Below, piece by piece: positions 1 through 8,316 of a DNA stretch of 64,000 nt (positions are counted from its first letter, which is position 1; the number at the start of each line of letters is the position of its first letter). The translations under genes were made by a program, and so were the position numbers. The notes beneath the pieces were generated by a model. It saw nothing but the letters and a program-made list of their open reading frames with translations. It ran no database searches and had not been told where the DNA came from. This DNA is from Alphaproteobacteria bacterium. GTDB taxonomy: Bacteria; Pseudomonadota; Alphaproteobacteria; UBA9219; RGZA01. The stretch is taken from the NCBI GenBank assembly GCA_033762625.1, contig JANRLI010000007.1:151541-215540 (forward strand). The letters run 5' to 3'.

Positions 1-1265
1 TTCTTTCCAACCGCCCGCGCGTACTTGCCATCATGCGTGATGAAATGGCAGCGATTAAATTGCAATTTAATACGCCGCGCCGTACTACGGTTGAGGATCT
101 GGAATTTGAAAGCGATATCGAAGATTTAATCCAGCGCGAAGACATGGTGGTGACTGTTTCGCAGTCCGGTTATGTCAAACGTGTCCCGCTTTCAACCTAT
201 CGCGCGCAGCGCCGCGGCGGTAAGGGCCGCACCGGTATGACCACGAAGGAAGAAGACGTAGTGGTAGATGTGTTTGTGGCGAATACCCATACGCCGATGC
301 TGTTCTTCTCATCGCGCGGCATGGTCTATGAAATGAAGGTCTATAAGCTGCCGCTGGGCAACCCCGCATCGCGCGGCAAGGCATTGGTGAACCTGTTGCC
401 ATTGCAGCAGGGTGAAACCATCACCGCCGTGATGCGCATGCCGGAAGAAGAATCCCGTTGGGAATACCTCTACGCCATGTTTGCTACCTCGGCTGGCACT
501 GTGCGTCGTAACAAGCTGTCCGACTTCACCAGCATCCGCCAATCCGGTTTGATTGCCATGAAGCTGGAGGAGGGCGAAAAGCTCATCTCCGTTCATACCT
601 GTGAAGAAACCGACGATGTGCTCTTGGCTTCCAAACTGGGCAAGGCTATTCGTTTCCCGGTTGATGACATTCGCGTATTTGCGGGCCGTAACTCCATGGG
701 TGTGCGCGGTATTAAACTGGCCGATGGCGATGAACTTATTTCTATGTCCATCATCAAGCATACCGAAGCAACAGCCGAAGAACGCATTGCTTATTTGCGT
801 GCGGCTGCCGCGCTTCGCCGCGCGGAAAGCGGTGTGGAAGAAACGGTGGAATCGGATGAAGAAGGCAGCGTTGCCAACATCACGCTTTCACCCGAACGAA
901 TGAAGCAATTGGCTGATGCTGAGCAGTTCATTCTCACTGTTTCAACATCTGGTTTTGGCAAACGCACATCATCTTATGAATACCGCATCTCTGGCCGCGG
1001 TGGTTCGGGAATCTGGGTTATGAATATGGGTGCAAAAAACAACGCAATCGTTGCTTCTCTGCCTGTGGAGCTGAGCCAGGATCTGATGCTGGTATCCAAT
1101 GGCGGACAAATTATCCGTATGCCTGTAAAAGACATTCGTGTGGCTGGCCGTGCAACGCAGGGTGTAACGCTATTCCGTGTTTCGGAAGGGGAACAAGTGG
1201 TTTCCGCTGCGCTCATCCAGCAGGAAGAAGAAAATGCAGCTGAAGAAAGCAATACAACCGAATGA
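1..1265 (+). CDS. gyrA: DNA gyrase subunit A, C-terminal beta-pinwheel region; 5'-truncated by the window edge
   Basis: The frame is open from nt 3. The translation 'IREELEAIK..RRT' and the repeated GyrA-box-like blades (QSGYVKRVPLSTYRAQRRGGKG...) match the GyrA C-terminus. It ends with an acidic tail. Confidence 0.9.
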   Translation, partial: LSNRPRVLAIMRDEMAAIKLQFNTPRRTTVEDLEFESDIEDLIQREDMVVTVSQSGYVKRVPLSTYRAQRRGGKGRTGMTTKEEDVVVDVFVANTHTPMLFFSSRGMVYEMKVYKLPLGNPASRGKALVNLLPLQQGETITAVMRMPEEESRWEYLYAMFATSAGTVRRNKLSDFTSIRQSGLIAMKLEEGEKLISVHTCEETDDVLLASKLGKAIRFPVDDIRVFAGRNSMGVRGIKLADGDELISMSIIKHTEATAEERIAYLRAAAALRRAESGVEETVESDEEGSVANITLSPERMKQLADAEQFILTVSTSGFGKRTSSYEYRISGRGGSGIWVMNMGAKNNAIVASLPVELSQDLMLVSNGGQIIRMPVKDIRVAGRATQGVTLFRVSEGEQVVSAALIQQEEENAAEESNTTE

Positions 1266-1316
1266 CCAGCAGCCAAATGATCCGTCACGGCATCAAGCCA
1301 GGAACACCTAACTAAC

Positions 1317-1829
1317 ATGGCAAAAAAAACATCCGCAGATGATCAGTTGGTTGGCCTTTATCCCGGCACCTTTGACCCGATTACCTTGGGGCATACCGAC
1401 ATTATTCTGCGCGGCGCAAAGGTCGTGAACAAGTTGGTGGTCGGCGTTGCCGATAATGCGGGCAAAGGGCCGTTATTCAGTCTGAAAGACCGCATCAAAA
1501 TGGTCGAAGCCGAAGTTGCCAAGCTTGACACAAAAACCGAGATTATCGTTCGCCCATTCAAAAACCTGCTGATCGATTTTGCAGGGCAGGTGGGTGCGCG
1601 GGTGATTATTCGCGGGCTTCGTGCCGTGTCCGATTTTGAATATGAATTTCAAATGGCGGCGATGAACCGCAAGATCGCACCGGAACTTGAAACCATGTTC
1701 TTGATGTCATCGGATAAGTACCAGTTCATTTCTTCCCGTTTTGTTAAGGAAATCGCGCGCCTCGGCGGCGAGGTCAGCCCGTTCGTGAGCGACCGCGTGC
1801 TTAAACACATCAAACAAAAACTGAAATAA
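1317..1829 (+). CDS. coaD: phosphopantetheine adenylyltransferase
   Basis: 170 aa with GLYPGTFDPITLGHTDII (T/HxGH nucleotidyltransferase motif). Size and motifs are typical of CoaD. Confidence 0.9.
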   Translation: MAKKTSADDQLVGLYPGTFDPITLGHTDIILRGAKVVNKLVVGVADNAGKGPLFSLKDRIKMVEAEVAKLDTKTEIIVRPFKNLLIDFAGQVGARVIIRGLRAVSDFEYEFQMAAMNRKIAPELETMFLMSSDKYQFISSRFVKEIARLGGEVSPFVSDRVLKHIKQKLK

Positions 1830-1830
1830 T

Positions 1831-2889
1831 TTAAACAGACCGTACAAGGCTGATAAGACCGCGCTTACGTGGACGCGGCAGCAGCGGCATGGCGTTTCCT
1901 TGCGCGGTCAATAATTCCACAGCGCGCTGGCCATCGGCGTTCAATTCGTCGCCCACCATATACGGTGTGTAATTTTTCCGGAAGCCAAGGAACATACCAT
2001 AGATATCATGCTTGCCTTGCAGCTCGATGATTTGGGCATTTGTTTCCGGATCAATAATCGGTTCACCGGTTTTTGGATTTACCTGTGGCACATATTTGCA
2101 TAAATGCTCGATAACCGCTTCTTCACGCACAACGCCGCCATGCTTTGCTGCATCAGCATCAACCTTTGCAACGTCTTCGATAATTTCGCCTATTTTATCA
2201 AAGAAGGTGGCAATGCCCGCGCTCTTGCGAATGTTAAATCCGTTATTATATCCAACGATCATGTTGCGGTCTTCGCCAATATGCCCTGTAACAACACGGC
2301 CAGTGCCAGGCAATGATTTGTACACATGCGTGCGGCCAGTGGGCACGTAATCGCCTTTATATCCTGCACCTCTGGTTTGTTTTGCATGGAAACGTATCGC
2401 TTCCACGGTCCAGATGCCGATGGCGCTAACCACGCATTTAACCAACTGCCCTGAATTCAACGCATCGCACACGCCTTTGTGGGTGATGGCTTGCCCGTAC
2501 AAGCGGAAGATTTTTTCCATCACTTCGCCAGCTTCATCGGGATCGGGGAAATAATCCATATCCATGACAACTACGCGATCGGGGCGCAATATTGCTTCCG
2601 ACATTTCACGGGTACTGTTGTCTTGTAATGTTTCGCCTTCTAGCCGCGGAATATCGAAAGCTAGAACTTCCGCATGTTTGTGCTCCAAACGTCCATTCAT
2701 GATCAGGTTTTTTACCAGATCATAATATTCCAATGCCGACATCTTCGGCAGGTTGTCATTCACGCTTTGATCAGCGCCGGAAATGACCGAAAAAGTAACC
2801 AGTGGGCGCTTCGAACGCATTAGGCGTGAATAGAGTGTAGGGGCTTGGATGATCTCATGAATGATGGGATCGCCTGCTGTAATGGCCAT
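1831..2889 (-). CDS. conserved hypothetical protein of about 352 aa; family not recognised
   Basis: Long ORF. An internal ATG at 2889 is preceded by a GGAG ribosome-binding site about 9 nt upstream. The ORF-table start at 2943 is likely too long. No diagnostic motif was identified. Confidence 0.5.
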   Translation of the reverse strand: MAITAGDPIIHEIIQAPTLYSRLMRSKRPLVTFSVISGADQSVNDNLPKMSALEYYDLVKNLIMNGRLEHKHAEVLAFDIPRLEGETLQDNSTREMSEAILRPDRVVVMDMDYFPDPDEAGEVMEKIFRLYGQAITHKGVCDALNSGQLVKCVVSAIGIWTVEAIRFHAKQTRGAGYKGDYVPTGRTHVYKSLPGTGRVVTGHIGEDRNMIVGYNNGFNIRKSAGIATFFDKIGEIIEDVAKVDADAAKHGGVVREEAVIEHLCKYVPQVNPKTGEPIIDPETNAQIIELQGKHDIYGMFLGFRKNYTPYMVGDELNADGQRAVELLTAQGNAMPLLPRPRKRGLISLVRSV

Positions 2890-3038
2890 GACTATAACTC
2901 CAGAAAAATCACTTTTATTGTTTAATGGCCGCATTTTTAACAACTAAACTACGAAAGTAAAGCGGGAGATTTTTGAGGCAAAACTTGGATTTCAATGCGT
3001 TAAACGCGTGGCAATACACCAGTAAAAAGTTAATCTAA

Positions 3039-3665
3039 TTAACGCCGCCAACTGGGTGCCAAAAACGACGGCCCTTTCATGTGCGCGGGGCGGCGATAAA
3101 TACCCATCGACATATCGGCAGCGTTTAACCCTGCAACCCGTATGCGCCCAACCGTATCAAAACCATAAGCAGTGGGTTTTAATAGGCTGTCCAGATCATA
3201 TTCGCCTTGTCTGGTATTCCCGGTTGCATAAGCAATACGGAAATGCGGTGTTTGCCGTAATTCATCCAGAGCATACAGAACCAGATCATTCGCAGTTTCT
3301 TTATTGCCAATAAAAGGCACACGAAAGAAATTGAACAACGCAACCGGTTCATTTGCGCGATGCGTAATATTCAATCTCTTGCCTTCAACAGGCGAATACG
3401 CAGCATAACCCATAAGTACACCATCACAGCGGGCGGTAAATACACCGCCATGCGCATGACATTGTTGAAACGTGGATATAACTTGTCCGAAAATTGGTGG
3501 CAACCAGGAACGACTACGTAAAGAAGGCAGCACATCGTGATCGGTAATCGTCGCTAGTACTCTTTGCATAGCGACAGGTTGTACTGCGCGGAAGTGAAAC
3601 CCCATCACCTCATTCAATTGTGCGGCATCATCAGGTGGGATGGAAGCACAGATGATCTCGCTCAT
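3039..3665 (-). CDS. hypothetical protein, paralog A of a tandem pair; possible acyltransferase-like fold, unverified
   Basis: 208 aa. It shares conserved blocks with the neighbouring ORF: ...FNFFRV / INFFKL and ...FRIAYATG / IRRIAYGKS. Confidence 0.5.
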   Translation of the reverse strand: MSEIICASIPPDDAAQLNEVMGFHFRAVQPVAMQRVLATITDHDVLPSLRSRSWLPPIFGQVISTFQQCHAHGGVFTARCDGVLMGYAAYSPVEGKRLNITHRANEPVALFNFFRVPFIGNKETANDLVLYALDELRQTPHFRIAYATGNTRQGEYDLDSLLKPTAYGFDTVGRIRVAGLNAADMSMGIYRRPAHMKGPSFLAPSWRR

Positions 3666-3672
3666 ATTATCC

Positions 3673-4317
3673 CTATGGTGTTAAAATGGCGGGGCGGGCC
3701 GGGCCAATGCGCGGTGTTTTCATGCCCTTATATGCCTCATTGATGCCCGCGACAACAAGACATGTGTTATCTGGTGCACCCGAATAGCGATGGGATAAAA
3801 ACGATTGTTTTTCAGGTCCCATCAACGCATCTATGGATAAAAGGCTTGGATCTTCATCAATCGATTTTCCATAGGCAATACGGCGAATTCCACGCTGTGA
3901 AATTAGATCCAGCGCCGCGATAACCAATGATTTTCCTGTTTCGACATCGCCTTTAAAATCATGCAGTTTGAAAAAATTGATGAGCCCAACATAGTCATCG
4001 CGCGCAGTGTCAATACCAAGAACTTGCGCTTTGTAAGGCATGTAGGATGCAACGCCAATGGTTTTTCCGGCTGCGTTCTTTGCAACAATCACATGGCCTG
4101 CAAACAAGCATTGCTGGAATTGCTGGATACTGGCTTTGACAAAAAGATCGCCGTCTTTCTTGCTGCGTGCCGCAAATTGAATGACCCCTATATCATCCAA
4201 TGCGGGGTCAACCATAATATTGCCAACACCTAAATTCGCTTTCCAATAGCATGCGAGGGCGGCCTGAAAGCCAGCGACATCTTGGGAATCGAGCTTGGAA
4301 ATGGTGGCGGCTGGCAT
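3673..4317 (-). CDS. hypothetical protein, paralog B of a tandem pair
   Basis: The ORF-table start at 4344 is a TTG. An in-frame ATG at 4317 has an AAGGA ribosome-binding site about 10 nt upstream. Conserved blocks are shared with 3039-3665. Confidence 0.5.
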   Translation of the reverse strand: MPAATISKLDSQDVAGFQAALACYWKANLGVGNIMVDPALDDIGVIQFAARSKKDGDLFVKASIQQFQQCLFAGHVIVAKNAAGKTIGVASYMPYKAQVLGIDTARDDYVGLINFFKLHDFKGDVETGKSLVIAALDLISQRGIRRIAYGKSIDEDPSLLSIDALMGPEKQSFLSHRYSGAPDNTCLVVAGINEAYKGMKTPRIGPARPAILTP

Positions 4318-4493
4318 CAAAAAATCCTTTAAAATATATGCCAATCTAACAACGCATTTTGAAAGTAATATGGACTTTTTGCGGGATGGCGGTACAGAAG
4401 CGCTAAAACAGCCTATAATCGCTTAAAATAATCAAAATCAATGAGTTGACCTACAGGGCGCGAAAGGCTATTAAACCACATCTTTGAAATAAA

Positions 4494-4569
4494 GACCCTG
4501 TAGCTCAGCTGGTAGAGCACGCGACTTTTAATCGAGTGGTCATGGGTTCAAATCCCATCGGGGTCACCA
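4494..4569 (+). tRNA. tRNA-Lys (anticodon TTT)
   Basis: Cloverleaf: acceptor GACCCTG/CGGGGTC, D-arm GCTC-AGCTGGTA-GAGC, anticodon loop CTTTTAA, T-arm GGTTCAAATCC, 3' ACCA. There is one G-A mismatch in the anticodon stem. Confidence 0.8.
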
Positions 4570-4616
4570 TTTCTTGGAGTTCTTTTGAACCCATGTTTTT
4601 GTCGCGCTTCGCGCGC

Positions 4617-4648
4617 GGTTCAAATCCCAACGGGGGTCACCATTTCTT
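4617..4648 (+). repeat. direct repeat of the tRNA-Lys 3' end (T-loop, acceptor and 7 nt of downstream flank)
   Basis: GGTTCAAATCCCAACGGGGGTCACCATTTCTT versus tRNA positions 4545-4575 GGTTCAAATCCCATCGGGGTCACCATTTCTT. The 42-bp spacer contains an inverted copy of the T-stem (TTGAACCCATG). Confidence 0.7.
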
Positions 4649-4714
4649 ATGTGCACGGCAATCGATGCACTATAATCAACGCAAACTATGTGCATCTAAA
4701 ACTCAATAAAATGG

Positions 4715-5095
4715 TTATGGAGCAAGGCCTTTTTTAGGCCTGAGATAGTTATCCATGATTTGTGCTCTGGAAATATCAGCCGCTGCGGCGATTGCACCCT
4801 GATTATCCGGATAACTTCTGCTGAGGTATTGATTTTTAAAATAATCAGCACCTAAAACTTCATGCATATCCCGAGCAAATGTTTGCGGTAAAACTCCGTT
4901 GGGAGTTGTCAAATGTGTGCCACGACCGTCAAACGTCATTGTTCCGCCGTTCCCATTTGCATTAGGGTATTCCAGTCTTACAGAAAGTCTGTTGGTAGAT
5001 GGATCGGGAATTCCAAGTGCTCTTGCCTGTCTACCATCAGCAAATGTAATGTTGACATATCCTTGATGGTCTGGCGCGCTGTATGTTGTGCCCAT
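4715..5095 (-). CDS. hypothetical protein, 126 aa
   Basis: ORF with an ATG start and no recognisable motif. It lies next to the tRNA-Lys repeat scar. Confidence 0.35.
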   Translation of the reverse strand: MGTTYSAPDHQGYVNITFADGRQARALGIPDPSTNRLSVRLEYPNANGNGGTMTFDGRGTHLTTPNGVLPQTFARDMHEVLGADYFKNQYLSRSYPDNQGAIAAAADISRAQIMDNYLRPKKGLAP

Positions 5096-5293
5096 TATGA
5101 ATTCCTCTTGCAGCCACTAATTGCCAGATAATTATCGTTTTGAAATGATAAAAAAATGCTAATTGGCAGATTTATGTATCAACATACTGATAGCAAAAGG
5201 TTTTTTTGATGACTATAGTTTGATCTGACTATTGGGTGCTTCAAACAACACAAAATCTCGGCTTTAAAAAACAACTGCAGGATAATCCCAAGA

Positions 5294-6277
5294 ATGATTC
5301 AATATTATTCCAATCAAAATGGCGTTGTAACTGTTTCCGAAACCAAGTCCGCAGATACGCCAAATATCTTCTGGTACGACATTATAAATCCGACCAAGGA
5401 AGATGAAGCGCAGATTGAAAGCCTGCTGGGCATTGATTTGCCCACGCGCGAAGAAATGCAGGAACTGGAAGTATCCGCGCGCCTTTACAAAGATGATCAG
5501 CAATTATTTGCCATCGCATCCTTCCCGGTGGAACAATCCGAAGATGATTATGCGAATGTCAATATAACCTTTGTGGTGTCGAAGGATTATATCGTCACCA
5601 TGCGTTATATGCTTACCCGCGTTATCACGCCGTTCGCCACAAAACTGCTGCGCAAACCCGCGCCCAATGCTCAGGAATTGTTATTGAGCATGATGGAAGC
5701 ATTCGTTGCTGCCTTTGCCGATATGCTGGAGAAGAAAACCGCGCGGCTTGATGGTATTGGTCGTACTATTTTTACTGAACCCCATGCGGCTAAAACCAAA
5801 TCACTTAATAGCTTTTCGGTACGTAACTGGCGCAGCATGCTTCAAAACATCGGTATGATCGGGCAGAAACTGGCCGTCATCCGTGAAGGGCTTGTCTCGT
5901 TTTCGCGTATGGCTACATTTTTGCATGGGCAAACTAACCATGCGTGCTTTGATAAAGAAGCATCAGCGCGGCTTGCAACCATTGAACGCGACAGCACGCA
6001 TTTATCCGAACACGCCGATTATCTATCCGACAAGGTCAGCTTTCTACTTGAAGCAACGCTGGGTTTGTTGAACGTCGAGCAGAACCAGATTATCAAGCTG
6101 TTCTCGGTCGTGTCCGTGGTATTGATGCCGCCCACGCTGGTAGCCAGCATTTACGGCATGAATTTCGAATGGATGCCAGAATTGAAGTGGCATTTTGGCT
6201 ATCCGGCGACGATCACGCTGATGGTGCTTAGCGCCATATTGCCATTTGTGTACTTCAAGTTCAAAAAATGGCTGTAA
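5294..6277 (+). CDS. corA: CorA-family Mg2+/Co2+ transporter
   Basis: 327 aa with two C-terminal transmembrane helices and the YGMNFEWMPEL (GMN) signature. Confidence 0.85.
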   Translation: MIQYYSNQNGVVTVSETKSADTPNIFWYDIINPTKEDEAQIESLLGIDLPTREEMQELEVSARLYKDDQQLFAIASFPVEQSEDDYANVNITFVVSKDYIVTMRYMLTRVITPFATKLLRKPAPNAQELLLSMMEAFVAAFADMLEKKTARLDGIGRTIFTEPHAAKTKSLNSFSVRNWRSMLQNIGMIGQKLAVIREGLVSFSRMATFLHGQTNHACFDKEASARLATIERDSTHLSEHADYLSDKVSFLLEATLGLLNVEQNQIIKLFSVVSVVLMPPTLVASIYGMNFEWMPELKWHFGYPATITLMVLSAILPFVYFKFKKWL

Positions 6278-6338
6278 TTCGTTAACGAAAGTAATGCTGG
6301 TGTAGTGGGGCGGCCATGCATTTGGCTACAACTATGTC

Positions 6339-7130
6339 ATGGCGATTAGCTTAAATACTCAACCTGCGCATGAATTCGGTGATGATTTCTTTGAAATCAC
6401 CAATGTTGCCCCGCGCCAGGAACAGCGCGATGCACTGGCATTTCTTACGCATATCGGATTGAAAATGCCCATATTGTTTGGCGGTTCCATGCGCGATGTG
6501 GTGTATGGCCTGCCATTTAAAGATGTCGATGTGCTGGGTTCATACCGCGATATTGGCGATAAAACACTGCCGGAAATTGCCCAGGAAATCGAAGCGCGCC
6601 TTAGTGCGCAAAGTGATGTTAGCGCTATTTTTACACGTATCAAATTCAACTATCACACCGGTGGCCAGCAGTTGATCGTGCAATTCTTGCATAAGGGCGT
6701 CGCCGTTGACGTAACGCTGGAAGATACGCAGCTTAGTATTAGTCAAGCGCAGGCACGTGAAAACGTGACTTTGTCGGGTGCTTATATGAACAGCGATGGC
6801 CGGATAATTGTTCATAAAAGCTTTCTTGATGCGGTAAATGGCGCCACGTTTAAAGTAGTCAAATATCGCTCTGCCAAGCAGTTCCTGATTGCTATTGAAC
6901 GCTATATTCGCTTGCGTAAGCGCGACGCATACCGTGATTATAAGTTTCGCGTGGATATTCGTGCCTGTTTCCGCAATCGTGGCACCACGTTGCCCGAACC
7001 GTGGCCCAGCATGGCTGGCTTTTTTAAGCATGCAAAACGGCTGCTCGGACGTGCAAAATTGCACGAACCAGTTCACCCTATCAATCCAAGAAAATCAGAA
7101 CCAAAGCCTGACGAACCTGCGCAGAATTAA
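6339..7130 (+). CDS. stand-alone tRNA-nucleotidyltransferase/poly(A)-polymerase head-domain protein (PolyA_pol-like), 263 aa
   Basis: [22 protein letters not shown] closely matches the CCA-enzyme motif [31 protein letters not shown] block also matches. The HD and tail domains are absent, and the C-terminus is a basic tail. Confidence 0.65.
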   Translation: [263 protein letters not shown]

Positions 7131-8131
7131 TCTTCGCGTTCGTCTTCATCGACTTCTTTTTCATCGATGTCTTTTTCTTCGCTAACCACGGTTTGCGCCA
7201 AAACCGATAATGCATCGGCAATTTCAGGACGCACGCGGCTTACTGCCAATTCGCCTTCGGCAATCGCATCCTCGGCGCGGTCAAATTCCAACAATCCCAC
7301 ATTCCCCAAACGCGGTGCAATCATTACGTCGGGTGGTTCGCCTGCCATACGCGAGCGTGTGATACGGTCCTGCATGATGTTGAGTGTTGCAACCATCACC
7401 CCAAACAGGCTCGGCCCGTCGCTCTCACGCCTAAATACGCGGCGCGACAGACTATCCATCGTGGGCGAACCTTCATCCCCCGTCTGGTCAATCATCTTGA
7501 GCAAATCAAAGCCAGCAGCGGTCGGTATGGATGATCCCTGCTTGCGGGATTTGCCAATAATATCCGAATTGAGGTTTACAGCGATGACCATATCTGCGCC
7601 AAGTGCGCGGCATGCAGCAACCGGAACAGGGTTTACCAAAGCGCCATCCAATAGCCAGCGGCCTTGCATTTTCACAGGGGTAAAGACACCGGGCATAGCA
7701 AACGATGCGCGCATCGCATCCACAATGCTGCCTTTTTGCAACCAGACTTCATGGCCCGTGACAAGGTCGGTAGCCACGGCAGTGAAAGGGTGACCCAAAT
7801 CTTCGATTTTTGTTTCGCCAACATAGCTGCGGATTTCATCGGTGACTTTTTCGCCGCCAATTAATCCGCCGGTGCGAATACGCAAATCCAGAAAATTGAT
7901 AATTTTTTTCTTATTCAGTTGCAATGCCCATTGCTCTAGCTCATCCAGCTTATTGGCAAGGTATAACCCGCCCACCACAGCGCCGATGGATGCGCCTGCA
8001 ATAATGTCCGGTTCCAGACCTAAACGCTTCAATCCACGAATAACGCCGATATGTGCCCAACCACGTGCCAATCCGCTGCCAAGGGCTAAGCCAATTTTGC
8101 GTCGGGAAGGGTTTGCAGTACGTTCGTTCAT
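7127..8131 (-). CDS. patatin-like phospholipase (RssA-like)
   Basis: Oxyanion-hole motif GSGLARG and lipase motif GASIG (GxSxG) are present. It has an acidic C-terminal tail. Confidence 0.85.
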   Translation of the reverse strand: MNERTANPSRRKIGLALGSGLARGWAHIGVIRGLKRLGLEPDIIAGASIGAVVGGLYLANKLDELEQWALQLNKKKIINFLDLRIRTGGLIGGEKVTDEIRSYVGETKIEDLGHPFTAVATDLVTGHEVWLQKGSIVDAMRASFAMPGVFTPVKMQGRWLLDGALVNPVPVAACRALGADMVIAVNLNSDIIGKSRKQGSSIPTAAGFDLLKMIDQTGDEGSPTMDSLSRRVFRRESDGPSLFGVMVATLNIMQDRITRSRMAGEPPDVMIAPRLGNVGLLEFDRAEDAIAEGELAVSRVRPEIADALSVLAQTVVSEEKDIDEKEVDEDERED

Positions 8132-8316
8132 GGATACAAAATCAAGGGTAGGGGTTGATCACGCAAGTTCAAACCTTAGTATAGAAGACTAGTTCTAAAG
8201 ACTTTATTGCCGTAACGCCCCTATAACACATACAAACTGCATTGCCATTGCTCATTTTTTTTGCTGTTGTGCAACATAAGCCACATTTTGCGGCGCAAAC
8301 CCTGCTATAAAGCCTC

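Noticed and set aside
33-1265. Treating 33..1265 as a complete 410-aa gene
   Set aside because: The frame is open to the window edge and the sequence is the GyrA C-terminal domain. The ATG at 33 is an internal Met.
1831-2889. Assigning the 352-aa protein to the deoxyhypusine/homospermidine synthase, arginase or amidinotransferase families
   Set aside because: I could not find the diagnostic motifs of any of these: no Rossmann GxGxxG, no arginase DxHxD/SxDxDxxDP, no C-terminal catalytic Cys context. It is left as hypothetical.
4724-4745. AGGCC-TTTTTT-AGGCCT hairpin as a terminator after the tRNA-Lys region
   Set aside because: The stem is only 5-6 bp and the hairpin lies inside the 3' end of the minus-strand ORF 4715..5095. 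Too weak to call.
6339-8131. Possible CBASS system (nucleotidyltransferase plus patatin-like phospholipase effector)
   Set aside because: The nucleotidyltransferase is a class II CCA/poly(A)-polymerase head (near-identical motif to E. coli CCA), not a cGAS/DncV-like CD-NTase. The two genes are convergent with overlapping 3' ends rather than in an operon. The patatin looks like the common RssA-type housekeeping enzyme.
4494-8200. Prophage or integrated element at tRNA-Lys
   Set aside because: The duplicated tRNA 3' end is only 48 bp from the gene. No integrase, excisionase or phage genes follow, and the neighbours are corA and a patatin gene. It reads as a scar or empty site, not a resident element.
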